Source of the DNA: Bacteroidales bacterium
Lineage (GTDB): Bacteria; Bacteroidota; Bacteroidia; Bacteroidales; VadinHA17
Direction of reading: 5' to 3'
NCBI GenBank assembly: GCA_046329875.1
Contig: JAXLTT010000001.1
Span: 405,226 to 469,225, forward strand
DNA: 64,000 nt
The position numbers were made by a program, and so were the translations under genes. The notes under the pieces were generated by a model, which was given only the letters and a program-made list of their open reading frames with translations, was not told the origin of the DNA and ran no database searches. Below are positions 1 to 8,573 of the stretch, piece by piece. The stretch's first letter is position 1, and each line of letters starts with the position of its first letter.

Positions 1-1
1 G

Positions 2-1153
2 GCAGACAGGGCCTCTTCGGTCCAGGAATACTATTTCTCATCAAAACTCAGGCAGATCGACCAGATGAGAAATTCGGGCATTGATGTTATCAACCTTGGC
101 ATAGGCAGCCCCGACCAGCCTCCTTCAGAAAGGACTGTCAGGCGTCTTGCCGAGGAAGCTGCAAAACCAAATGTCCATGGTTACCAGAGTTATTCAGGGT
201 CACCGGTCCTCAGGAAAGCAATGGCCGACTGGTATCAAAAATACTTCGGCGTAAGCCTCGATCCCGAAGGGGAGATAATGCCACTCATCGGAAGCAAGGA
301 AGGTATAATGCATATAAGCATGGCCTTTGTCAACCCGGGGGATGAAGTGCTTATCCCAGATCCGGGTTATCCTACCTATGCATCTGCCACGAGCCTGGCT
401 GGAGGGAAAGCCAGGACCTACGATCTTACAGCTTCAAAAGGCTGGCTTCCCGACCTGGAGGCAATTGAAGCCGCCGGAACAGAGAATGTAAAGCTGATGT
501 GGGTAAACTACCCCCATATGCCGACCGGGGCTAAAGCAAACATTAAATTCTTCGACAGTCTTGTCAGCTTTGCCGGCAGGAATAATATCCTTCTGTGCAA
601 CGATAATCCATACAGCTTCATTCTTAATAACGAGTACCTGAGCATTCTTTCAGCCGACGGTGCAAAGGATGTGGCAATAGAACTGAATTCATTGAGCAAG
701 TCTCATAATATGGCCGGCTGGAGGATAGGCATGGCAGCCAGCAACAAGGAATATATAACCACTGTGCTAAGGGTAAAAAGCAATATGGATTCCGGTATGT
801 TCCTTCCAATGCAGCTTGCAGCGGCAGAAGCCCTTGGAAACGACCAGTCATGGTATGATAATGTAAACATGGTATACCGCGAAAGAAGGGTAATAGCTGA
901 AAAGATAATGAAGGCAACCGGATGCAGGATTGACGAAACGCAGACAGGACTCTTCCTGTGGGGTAAGCTGCCTGAAAATAATAATGACTGTGAGAAATTT
1001 TCTGATGATATACTCAACAACACAGGAGTTTTCCTGACCCCGGGCTTTATCTTCGGAAAGAACGGCAAAGGATACATGAGGATTTCACTATGCAGCAAGG
1101 CAGAGGCACTTGAAAAGGCACTTGACAGGATTGTTAAATATCTTAATAAATAA
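2..1153 (+). CDS. class I/II PLP-dependent aminotransferase, 5' end cut by the window edge
   Basis: ORF track 65..1153. The same frame stays open back to nt 2 (ADRASSVQEYYFSSKLRQIDQ precedes the listed Met), which looks like the usual N-terminal segment of this family. Motifs INLGIGSPD, NYPHMPTG and SLSKSHNMAGWRIG (PLP-Lys region). First gene of an aromatic amino-acid cluster. Confidence 0.85.
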   Translation, partial: ADRASSVQEYYFSSKLRQIDQMRNSGIDVINLGIGSPDQPPSERTVRRLAEEAAKPNVHGYQSYSGSPVLRKAMADWYQKYFGVSLDPEGEIMPLIGSKEGIMHISMAFVNPGDEVLIPDPGYPTYASATSLAGGKARTYDLTASKGWLPDLEAIEAAGTENVKLMWVNYPHMPTGAKANIKFFDSLVSFAGRNNILLCNDNPYSFILNNEYLSILSADGAKDVAIELNSLSKSHNMAGWRIGMAASNKEYITTVLRVKSNMDSGMFLPMQLAAAEALGNDQSWYDNVNMVYRERRVIAEKIMKATGCRIDETQTGLFLWGKLPENNNDCEKFSDDILNNTGVFLTPGFIFGKNGKGYMRISLCSKAEALEKALDRIVKYLNK

Positions 1154-1169
1154 AACTTAATTATAACAA

Positions 1170-2015
1170 ATGGTTGTAGCAGTTGTCGGTATTGGTCTTA
1201 TAGGAGGGTCATTGGCCACCGACCTTAAAAAAAGAGGATTCGCCGAAAAGGTGATTGGTGTGGATAATAATATACAGCATTGCAATATTGCGAAGCTTTG
1301 CGGACTTGTTGATGAAACAGATTCACTTGAAAATGCAATACGGCAGAGCGATCTTGTAATACTATGTACACCTGTTGACACAAACTGCATTATGATCCCG
1401 CAGATACTGACAATGATCAATGGCAGCAGTAAAGTGGTAACAGACATGGGATCAACAAAAGCCTCAATAGCTGAGGCATGCAAGGATCATCCGAATCGTG
1501 GCAGGTATGTAGCTGCTCATCCTATGGCTGGCACAGAGTACTCCGGCCCGCTTGCAGCCCACTCGAGGTTATTCGATTATAAAACAGCCATAATCTGCGA
1601 TGAACAGCGTAGTGACAATGATGCCCTCGATCTTGTAAAGGGAATGTTTACAGTGCTGAATATGAGAACTGTTATCATGGACTCACATGAACATGATATT
1701 CACGTTGCCTATGTTTCCCATATATCACATATAACATCGTTTTCACTTGCCCTGTGTGTACTCGACAAGGAGCAGGAGACTGAGAACATTCTTACGCTCG
1801 CCGGCGGAGGTTTTGAAAGCACGGTTAGGCTTGCAAAGAGTAACGGCGATACATGGGCACCAATATTCGCAGAAAACTCCGACTATATTGTCGAGGTGAT
1901 GGATACCTATATTGAAAAAATGAAGCTCTTCAGGAACATGATCTCTGAAAAGAATATCGAAGGGCTCAAGAAAATAATGAGCGACGCTAACAGGATACAG
2001 AAAATATTAAACTGA
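1170..2015 (+). CDS. tyrA: prephenate dehydrogenase
   Basis: N-terminal Rossmann motif VAVVGIGLIGGSLA and AAHPMAGTE motif. Lies 16 nt after the aminotransferase and 5 nt before the DAHP synthase gene. Confidence 0.85.
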   Translation: MVVAVVGIGLIGGSLATDLKKRGFAEKVIGVDNNIQHCNIAKLCGLVDETDSLENAIRQSDLVILCTPVDTNCIMIPQILTMINGSSKVVTDMGSTKASIAEACKDHPNRGRYVAAHPMAGTEYSGPLAAHSRLFDYKTAIICDEQRSDNDALDLVKGMFTVLNMRTVIMDSHEHDIHVAYVSHISHITSFSLALCVLDKEQETENILTLAGGGFESTVRLAKSNGDTWAPIFAENSDYIVEVMDTYIEKMKLFRNMISEKNIEGLKKIMSDANRIQKILN

Positions 2016-2020
2016 AATAT

Positions 2021-3136
2021 ATGGTCTTACAACTCGATTTATCACCACTCGACAACTGGCTGAAGGTTAACAACAGGCCTTTTGTAATAGCCGGTCCCTG
2101 CAGCGCGGAGACTGAAGACCAGGTACTTGAGACTGCAACACAACTTGCAAAACTCAACCAGGTATCCGTTTTCAGGGCCGGGATATGGAAGCCAAGAACC
2201 CGTCCGGGATCATTCGAAGGTGTTGGCAGCAAAGGACTTAAATGGCTTAAAAAAGTCAAGGAGGAAACAGGTCTGCTTGTTGCAACTGAAGTGGCTAATG
2301 AGAAACATGTTTATGAAGCCCTTAAATATGGCATAGATCTTTTATGGATCGGTGCCAGGACATCTGTGAACCCTTTTACAGTCCAGGAGATTGCAGACGC
2401 CCTCGATGGGGTTGATGTAATGGTGCTTGTAAAAAACCCTATAAACCCTGATATTGATCTATGGACCGGGGCTGTTGAGAGAATATCTGCTGCAGGCATA
2501 AGGAAGCTCGGAGCCATACACCGTGGTTTTTCAACTTATGAGAAGACAATATACCGGAACCAGCCCAACTGGCAGATGCCTATCGAACTTCACAGAAGGA
2601 TCCCGGATCTTCCTATAATTTGCGATCCAAGTCATATTGCAGGGGCAAGGAAATACCTCCAGGAGATCTCACAGAAGGCAATGGACCTCAATTTTGACGG
2701 TCTTATAATAGAGACACATGTAGACCCCGACAACGCCTGGAGCGATGCCGCACAACAGGTCACACCCGACGGGCTCAGGGAATTACTGAAAAGCCTTATA
2801 CTGAGACACGAACGGCCATCCGATCCGAAACTTCTCGATGTACTTGGCGAACTCAGACAACAGATAGATGTGTTTGATGAAAACCTGCTGGAACTGATGG
2901 AGAAAAGGATGAAGATCGCTGAAAAAATAGGTGAATTCAAGAAGGACAACAATATTACAATCCTCCAGAGTACAAGATGGGATGAGATAATCAGCAAGGC
3001 AGTCATAAAGGGTGAATCAAAAGGACTAAGCTCTGAGTTTATAGATCTTATCTTTAAAGCAATCCACCAGGAGTCAATTAACCACCAGATGAAAGTACTT
3101 AATGATAATAAAAATGCTGGGGAGCTGAAAGGGTAA
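2021..3136 (+). CDS. bifunctional 3-deoxy-7-phosphoheptulonate synthase (type I-beta) / chorismate mutase
   Basis: FVIAGPCSAETEDQ and ICDPSHIAG motifs of the DAHPS/KDO8PS fold. The C-terminal ~90 aa (LRQQIDVFDENLLELMEKRMKIAEKIGEFK) is a type II chorismate mutase helix bundle. Confidence 0.85.
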   Translation: MVLQLDLSPLDNWLKVNNRPFVIAGPCSAETEDQVLETATQLAKLNQVSVFRAGIWKPRTRPGSFEGVGSKGLKWLKKVKEETGLLVATEVANEKHVYEALKYGIDLLWIGARTSVNPFTVQEIADALDGVDVMVLVKNPINPDIDLWTGAVERISAAGIRKLGAIHRGFSTYEKTIYRNQPNWQMPIELHRRIPDLPIICDPSHIAGARKYLQEISQKAMDLNFDGLIIETHVDPDNAWSDAAQQVTPDGLRELLKSLILRHERPSDPKLLDVLGELRQQIDVFDENLLELMEKRMKIAEKIGEFKKDNNITILQSTRWDEIISKAVIKGESKGLSSEFIDLIFKAIHQESINHQMKVLNDNKNAGELKG

Positions 3137-3266
3137 TAAACAGGAAAGAGATCTGAAGTAAGAAGCTGTTCTATTTGACTTTACAATAAACGTTTGAACG
3201 CATTCCGGCATAAAGAATATAATTTTTGTACTTAAGCCCCATTATTTCTGATTTTTTATAATAAAA

Positions 3267-3297
3267 TTTGCATTATTAAAAAATATATATAGTTTTG
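3267..3297 (+). promoter_or_regulatory. candidate Bacteroidetes-type promoter (TTTG-N19-TAGTTTTG)
   Basis: TTTG at 3267-3270 and TAGTTTTG at 3290-3297 match the published -33 TTTG / -7 TAnnTTTG consensus with 19-nt spacing. It lies just upstream of the leader ORF. Confidence 0.4.
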
Positions 3298-3302
3298 TCA
3301 GT

Positions 3303-3377
3303 ATGAAAACAAGAATGTCATACACATGGTCGTGGCGCACTTTACCCGGTAAAGCTGTGATAATCGCCATTGTATAA
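3303..3377 (+). CDS. Trp-codon leader peptide ORF (MKTRMSYTWSWRTLPGKAVIIAIV; alternative start ATG 3315)
   Basis: Short ORF missing from the ORF track because it is under 60 aa. TGG codons at 3327 and 3333 are separated by one codon. Stop TAA at 3375-3377. A terminator hairpin follows, and then trpB2. Confidence 0.45.
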   Translation: MKTRMSYTWSWRTLPGKAVIIAIV

Positions 3378-3401
3378 CATCAGATAATACTTTATAAACA
3401 A

Positions 3402-3435
3402 AAGGCACGCGAATCACAGCGTGCCTTTTTTATTT
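3402..3435 (+). terminator. intrinsic terminator / attenuator hairpin upstream of trpB2
   Basis: GGCACGC (3404-3410) pairs with GCGTGCC (3419-3425) around an 8-nt loop, followed by TTTTTTATTT. Ends about 30 nt before the trpB2 ATG. Confidence 0.7.
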
Positions 3436-3466
3436 CAGGACTATTAACAATTAAATACAGACAAAA

Positions 3467-4828
3467 ATGGAAAAGAACAGAAAGATCATCTTAAGCGAAA
3501 GTGAAATGCCGAGGCAATGGTATAACATCCTTGCAGACATGCCTAACAAGCCTTTACCACCGCTCCACCCGGTTACTAAACAGCCTGTCGGTCCACAGGA
3601 TCTTGCAGCAGTATTTCCAATGGAGCTTATAAAGCAGGAAGTATCATCCGAACGGTACATAGAAATACCGGACGAGGTAAGGGACCTTTATCTTACTTAT
3701 CGCCCCTCCCCTCTCTTCAGGGCAAAAAACCTTGAAAAGGCTCTTGGCACTAAAAGTAAGATCTATTATAAGTATGAAGGGGGTAACTATTCAGGCTCAC
3801 ACAAAGCGAATACTGCAATTGCCCAGGCCTATTATAACAAGAAAGAAGGTGTAAGGAGGATAACAACCGAAACAGGTGCCGGTCAGTGGGGAAGCGCAAT
3901 GAGCTTTGCATGTAATCACTTTGATCTCGAGCTTCTTGTCTTCATGGTAAAGGTAAGCTACAACCAGAAACCCGGCCGTAAGCTCCTGATGAATACTTAC
4001 AACGCTAAAGTGATCCCTTCGCCCAGTAATATGACTGTTGCCGGGAGGGCTGTTCTTGAAGCCGATCCCGATTCCCCTGGAAGCCTTGGGATTGCAATAT
4101 CGGAAGCAATGGAAGTGGCTGCCCAGGATCCTTATACAAAATATGCACTTGGTAGTGTTTTGAATCATGTTATCCTTCACCAGACAATCATTGGCGAGGA
4201 AGCACTTCTCCAGATGCAAAAAGCGGGTGATTATCCTGATGTTGTTGTAGGGTGCTTTGGCGGCGGTTCAAATTTCTCAGGAATTGCTTTCCCTTTCCTC
4301 CGTGAACAACTTCTGAATAAAAAGAATGTCAGGCTTCTTACTGTTGAACCGGCTTCATGTCCGAAACTGACAAAGGGAAAATTCATGTACGACTTCGGCG
4401 ATACAGCCGGTATGACCCCTCTTCTTCCTATGTATACTCTCGGGCATAACTTTGTACCTGACAAGATACATGCCGGAGGTCTGAGATATCATGGCGCAGG
4501 TGTGCTTGTGAGCCAGTTGCTTAAGGACGGCTTTATAGAAGCCAAAGCCAAACTGCAGAGGGAATGTTTTGAAGGAGCTGTACTTTTTGCACGCACCGAA
4601 GGTATCCTCCCTGCTCCCGAATCATCGTATGCCATCGCAGGTGCTCTTGACGAGGCAAGGAAGGCTGATCTTGAAGGCAAATCAAGAACCATCCTGTTCA
4701 ACCTCAGCGGTCACGGTCACTTCGATATTTCAGCTTATGAGAAATACTTTGAAAACAACCTGCCTGATCACGAACTCAGTGCAACTGAAGTTGAAAAGGC
4801 AATTGCAAGCATTCAAATACCAGGTTAG
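3467..4828 (+). CDS. trpB2: TrpB-like PLP enzyme, tryptophan synthase beta type 2 (TrpB2)
   Basis: 453 aa with the TrpB2-type N-terminal extension (MPRQWYNILADMPNKPLPPLHP), the PLP-lysine region GGNYSGSHKANTA, and GGGSNFSG. No trpA or other trp genes in the window. Confidence 0.85.
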   Translation: MEKNRKIILSESEMPRQWYNILADMPNKPLPPLHPVTKQPVGPQDLAAVFPMELIKQEVSSERYIEIPDEVRDLYLTYRPSPLFRAKNLEKALGTKSKIYYKYEGGNYSGSHKANTAIAQAYYNKKEGVRRITTETGAGQWGSAMSFACNHFDLELLVFMVKVSYNQKPGRKLLMNTYNAKVIPSPSNMTVAGRAVLEADPDSPGSLGIAISEAMEVAAQDPYTKYALGSVLNHVILHQTIIGEEALLQMQKAGDYPDVVVGCFGGGSNFSGIAFPFLREQLLNKKNVRLLTVEPASCPKLTKGKFMYDFGDTAGMTPLLPMYTLGHNFVPDKIHAGGLRYHGAGVLVSQLLKDGFIEAKAKLQRECFEGAVLFARTEGILPAPESSYAIAGALDEARKADLEGKSRTILFNLSGHGHFDISAYEKYFENNLPDHELSATEVEKAIASIQIPG

Positions 4829-4836
4829 ATTTCAAT

Positions 4837-4928
4837 ATCTCTGTGAAACTCTGTGTCAACTCCGTGTAACTCTGTGTAACTAAAAATTACACAGAGGGGC
4901 ACAGAGAAACACGGAGTGACACTGAGAT
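4837..4928. repeat. inverted array of 10-11-nt CTC(T/C/A)GTG units (4 forward, 4 reverse)
   Basis: Forward units are atctctgtg / aaactctgtg / tcaactccgtg / taactctgtg. After the loop ctaaaaa their reverse complements follow. Perfect 10-bp apical stem 4870-4879 / 4887-4896, with further 5-8-bp helices outward. Lies between the convergent trpB2 and NIPSNAP genes. Confidence 0.8.
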
Positions 4929-4933
4929 CATCT

Positions 4934-5722
4934 TTAAAATTCAGAATAGGCTGCCGGGTGAAGGTAGCTCTTGTGAATCTTGGATACAGTATTCTTATAC
5001 TCTTCCATCTCTGTAAGCACCTTCCATTCAGGTGAATCAACAAAGCTCTTCCATAATGCAGTGTTGGCGTTCATATTCTCATATGCGGTAAGATACATGA
5101 GGTTTGGTTTTATACTGCCTGAAAGAACTTCCCCGAAGAAAACAATATTGAATCCGAGCTTTTTAAACAGTTTTATCTCGCCACCCTGGTTAAACATTTC
5201 AATCTTTTTTACAGCCTTTGCATCTGTTGCACTTTCATACGCCCTGAGTTCATAAATCCTCTCATTAAGCGGACCTGTCAGCTTTGGCACAACAGCCTCC
5301 GGCATATCCGCAAATGATTTCATAAATACAGATTCATACCTTATAAACGGAGGATCATTATATGGTGCATCCAGGAACTGTTTCCCGGCTTCAAGATACT
5401 CCCTGTCATTCTGAAGAATATCCTGGATCTTAAGATAATGATCACCAGTCCTGAAAGGAATCAGAACATACACCAACTTTCCGGAGCTTGTATCTGATTC
5501 TACAGGTTTAAAAACCCCGATTTTAAGAACACCGGCCCTGTGAAGAGCAGGTATAAATGCATCTTTAAGAAAAGCATCCACTCTCTGTTCCTCTGCAGGG
5601 CCGTTGAGATGGTAGACCCTGAGTTCATAAAACTCCCTTAAAGGTGGTGTGGCGGCCGCCCTGGAACCGGTAAGCAGTATCATCAGCAATGATGCTAAAA
5701 AAAACAACCCTGATCTTTTCAT
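4934..5722 (-). CDS. NIPSNAP family protein with signal peptide (two NIPSNAP repeats)
   Basis: REFYELRVYHLNGP and RIYELRAYESATD repeat starts. N-terminal hydrophobic signal. Confidence 0.7.
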   Translation of the reverse strand: MKRSGLFFLASLLMILLTGSRAAATPPLREFYELRVYHLNGPAEEQRVDAFLKDAFIPALHRAGVLKIGVFKPVESDTSSGKLVYVLIPFRTGDHYLKIQDILQNDREYLEAGKQFLDAPYNDPPFIRYESVFMKSFADMPEAVVPKLTGPLNERIYELRAYESATDAKAVKKIEMFNQGGEIKLFKKLGFNIVFFGEVLSGSIKPNLMYLTAYENMNANTALWKSFVDSPEWKVLTEMEEYKNTVSKIHKSYLHPAAYSEF

Positions 5723-5788
5723 GTTTTTACTGTTTAAATATTTAAAGTATAATTATCAACCATATCGAAAACTATTGCTTGTTCAGGA

Positions 5789-6829
5789 CTACCTGTATTC
5801 AACCGTGAAATCTTTGTATATCTGCTCCGCCTGGTCCCCTGTAATTTCTGATCCTGACTTAACGCAGAACCTGTGGACAAGACGTATTGATTTCCCGGCG
5901 CTGATCTTAACTTTCATCTTTTCCTGCGCTGGGTCGTAGGACTTTCTTCCAAAGTTATTCACTGAAAAAAGCCCATATCCCCTTGCATGCCAGAAAGCCG
6001 GATAACCAGGGTTTGAAGGATTGTCAAATATTGCAAGGCTAAGTGGTTTGCCATTCTTCATCCCGGAGAGAACAACCCACTTATTCCTTGTCCCCCAAAC
6101 TGCATTGCCGCTTTTTCCGTCAGCAGAATGATACATCCCGGTGACACCTGTATTATCGACTGCCTTCACTTCGGTAGGGTTTCCTTTTGCATCTGTAAAG
6201 ACGAGTGCCTCATCAGCAGGCATCTCAAGTGACCTGTCAACCCTTATTGCGAAGAGTCCTTCCTTGCAGTCGGAAATTATAACATCCTTCCTTAGTGCCT
6301 TCAGGTCTGAGATATGGTCAACGGTCCAAATGTCATCCTTACCTGAAAATATCCAGGTAGTTGTTTCCCTCAGTTCTACCACCCCCTCACTGTTCATCCA
6401 GTCAGAGACAACTTTTATAATTCCCTTCTTACCACCCTTGTACTTAAGAAGCTCAATAACTGAAATATGACCATATTTATCCTTGTCGGCTGCAGGAATG
6501 GCTGATGAGTTATTCCAGAAGTCAAGCCCATTGACATCCCCATGGTTGAACCATAATCCCATCTGATGCGGATGATCAACACGTTCTCCCTTCCTTGGAG
6601 CTGCAGGAAATCCCCTTGTCACAATTTCCCCGTTTGGTGCATACACAGGAAAAAGCACAGGTTTCTCAAGTGCAGGAGAATAACAGAAAGAGGTGAATGG
6701 CTTGTTACCGATGAGGATATTTATTGTGTCGCCAGAATCTGAATGCCTGACAGTCACCTGTTGTCCAAAGCTCAATGTTGTAAACAAAACTGAAACTGCA
6801 AGGGAATAAACACTATTTGAAATTTTCAT
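5789..6829 (-). CDS. PmoA-like / DUF6807 family secreted protein
   Basis: Signal peptide plus the VDHPHQMGLWFNHGDVNGLDFW motif I associate with the DUF6807 (PmoA family) proteins of Bacteroidota and Planctomycetes. Confidence 0.6.
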   Translation of the reverse strand: MKISNSVYSLAVSVLFTTLSFGQQVTVRHSDSGDTINILIGNKPFTSFCYSPALEKPVLFPVYAPNGEIVTRGFPAAPRKGERVDHPHQMGLWFNHGDVNGLDFWNNSSAIPAADKDKYGHISVIELLKYKGGKKGIIKVVSDWMNSEGVVELRETTTWIFSGKDDIWTVDHISDLKALRKDVIISDCKEGLFAIRVDRSLEMPADEALVFTDAKGNPTEVKAVDNTGVTGMYHSADGKSGNAVWGTRNKWVVLSGMKNGKPLSLAIFDNPSNPGYPAFWHARGYGLFSVNNFGRKSYDPAQEKMKVKISAGKSIRLVHRFCVKSGSEITGDQAEQIYKDFTVEYR

Positions 6830-6919
6830 CTTTCAATAACTATGGTTATATGTAAAAATACTCTATATAGCTGATAATGGGAAAAGTGGGAATAACAATT
6901 TATTGTATTTAATTAATTT

Positions 6920-6927
6920 TAACTTTG
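6920..6927 (+). promoter_or_regulatory. candidate -7 promoter box TAACTTTG for the GH16 gene
   Basis: Matches TAnnTTTG, 30 nt upstream of the ATG at 6958. The upstream -33 element is only approximate (TTATTG). Confidence 0.3.
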
Positions 6928-6957
6928 AAAAACTAAAACTACAAGCTACCTGAAATT

Positions 6958-7722
6958 ATGAAAAAAATAATTCTGATCACTTCTGTTATCCTTGTTGTTG
7001 CCGGATGCAAGACAAAGGACAGCAACCTTGCCTGGTCTGATGAATTCAATTACAACGGGCTTCCTGATAAATCAAAATGGGGTTATGATACTGCATATAT
7101 TGCAAATAATGAGTTGCAATACTATACTGAAGCCAGGATTGAAAATGCAGCTGTAAAAAATGGAATGCTGATGATTATCGGGCGGAAAGAAGAGTGGAAA
7201 GGATTCGGCTATACTTCTGCAAGGCTTGTAACTTTAGGAAAATTCGACACCAGGTACGGATTCATAGAAGCCAGGATGAAACTACCGGTTGGCCAGGGAA
7301 TCTGGCCCGCTTTCTGGATGCTTGGCAGCAATATCACAACACTTGGCTGGCCAAAATGCGGGGAAATTGACATAATGGAACATATTAACACGGTTCCCGA
7401 GGTGTACGGGACGGCGCACTGGAATACTGAGAATGGTCATATTCAGTCAGGAGGAACTATCCTGCGTGATGTTACCGAATTTCATGATTATGCAATTGAA
7501 TGGACGCCTGATTCAATACGCTGGCTTGTCGACAGGGTAAGGTATCATGCTTTATGCATAAAGGACAGTGTTAACAACACTGCCCCTTTTCATAAGCCAC
7601 AGCACCTGCTGATAAATCTAGCAATCGGCGGCGACTGGCCAAAAAATCCGGATTCAACAACTGTTTTTCCTGATACGGTCTTTGTAGACTGGGTCAGGGT
7701 TTATAAGCAGATGCCGAAATAA
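6958..7722 (+). CDS. glycoside hydrolase family 16 lipoprotein (laminarinase / beta-glucanase type)
   Basis: Lipobox VVAGC. WPAFWMLG and the catalytic GEIDIMEH motif. Confidence 0.85.
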   Translation: MKKIILITSVILVVAGCKTKDSNLAWSDEFNYNGLPDKSKWGYDTAYIANNELQYYTEARIENAAVKNGMLMIIGRKEEWKGFGYTSARLVTLGKFDTRYGFIEARMKLPVGQGIWPAFWMLGSNITTLGWPKCGEIDIMEHINTVPEVYGTAHWNTENGHIQSGGTILRDVTEFHDYAIEWTPDSIRWLVDRVRYHALCIKDSVNNTAPFHKPQHLLINLAIGGDWPKNPDSTTVFPDTVFVDWVRVYKQMPK

Positions 7723-7726
7723 ACTG

Positions 7727-8551
7727 TTACTTAACTGTAACTCCGTTCTTTTTTGCGGGTTTCCAGAAATCCTTTTCTGTGAGCCCGCATTTTTTAATCA
7801 TTTCAAGGGCATATTCCGACCTGCCGAAGCCTGAATCGACATTATTCGTTCCAATAGTGAATTTCACACCGGCTTTCTTTGCAAGCTTAATGAAATTCTC
7901 TGAAGGGATCTTAAACCTGTTGTTAATCTCAATCGCTTTCCCACCTTTGAGTGCAGCGTTAATAACTGCCATCATTCTTGGTTGGGTCCAGAAATAATCA
8001 TAGCGTCCGGCCATCTGTTCAGGCAGGTAGGTAGGATTCACGTATATATTTACAGGCTCCTTTGTGAGTATTGTAACAATTGTCTTTACAAGATAATCCA
8101 TGAACTTCTGCTCATCCTCTATCCAGGTTTCTTCCTTCATCCAGATCCTGTTCCTTCTCCCTTTCTCGTCTGTGAATGTCATCCCATCTGTGAAAACATA
8201 GTCGAATTTTGAAACAGCTTCTTTCGAGAACATATTAATCCATTCCCTTCCTTCTGCCTGCATGCCGATATAGAACTGGGGGTACTTCTTCATTACCAGA
8301 AGGAAAGAGTCGATTCCATTGTCGTTGTGAACCGGGAATCCTTTACCGCAGTTTACTGCAATGCCGTAAACAATATTTTCACTTTTTGATTTTTCAATTG
8401 CTTTTTCAACTGTCAGGTCTCCCTTAATATGAACATGCAGATCTATAAGTGGAAAAGGGTCTGAATCCTTACTTGTGAAAGCTGCCAGCAATGCTATAAC
8501 AAAAATTGAAGGCAGGATTGTTTTAAAAGTCCTGTGGGTTTTCATAATCAT
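7727..8551 (-). CDS. exported metal-dependent hydrolase, PHP-domain-like (function uncertain)
   Basis: Signal peptide. IDLHVHIKGD at the start of the mature domain, and AIEINN and FTIGTNN segments resembling PHP / histidinol-phosphatase-fold proteins. Confidence 0.4.
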   Translation of the reverse strand: MIMKTHRTFKTILPSIFVIALLAAFTSKDSDPFPLIDLHVHIKGDLTVEKAIEKSKSENIVYGIAVNCGKGFPVHNDNGIDSFLLVMKKYPQFYIGMQAEGREWINMFSKEAVSKFDYVFTDGMTFTDEKGRRNRIWMKEETWIEDEQKFMDYLVKTIVTILTKEPVNIYVNPTYLPEQMAGRYDYFWTQPRMMAVINAALKGGKAIEINNRFKIPSENFIKLAKKAGVKFTIGTNNVDSGFGRSEYALEMIKKCGLTEKDFWKPAKKNGVTVK

Positions 8552-8573
8552 CTGATTTAAATATATTTATAGT

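Noticed and set aside
3327-3425. Antiterminator pairing for the trp leader.
   Set aside because: I could only find a weak 6-bp GTGGCG/CGCCAT pairing and nothing that clearly competes with the terminator stem. The attenuation call therefore rests on the ORF and terminator alone, and I have flagged it that way.
4837-4928. The short repeat arrays at 4837, 24855 and 48536 could be CRISPR arrays.
   Set aside because: The units are 9-11 nt and directly abutting with no spacers. No cas genes are present. They are not CRISPR.
4569-5043. ORFs 4569-4883 (+) and 4825-5043 (-) cross the CTCTGTG array.
   Set aside because: They overlap the trpB2 and NIPSNAP genes in other frames, and their unique parts are just the repeat (LCVTLCN / TEFHRD).
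5733-5746. Perfect 14-nt palindrome TTTAAATATTTAAA upstream of the NIPSNAP gene.
   Set aside because: It is an AT-only palindrome in an AT-rich spacer and is easily produced by chance. Nothing else supports an operator.
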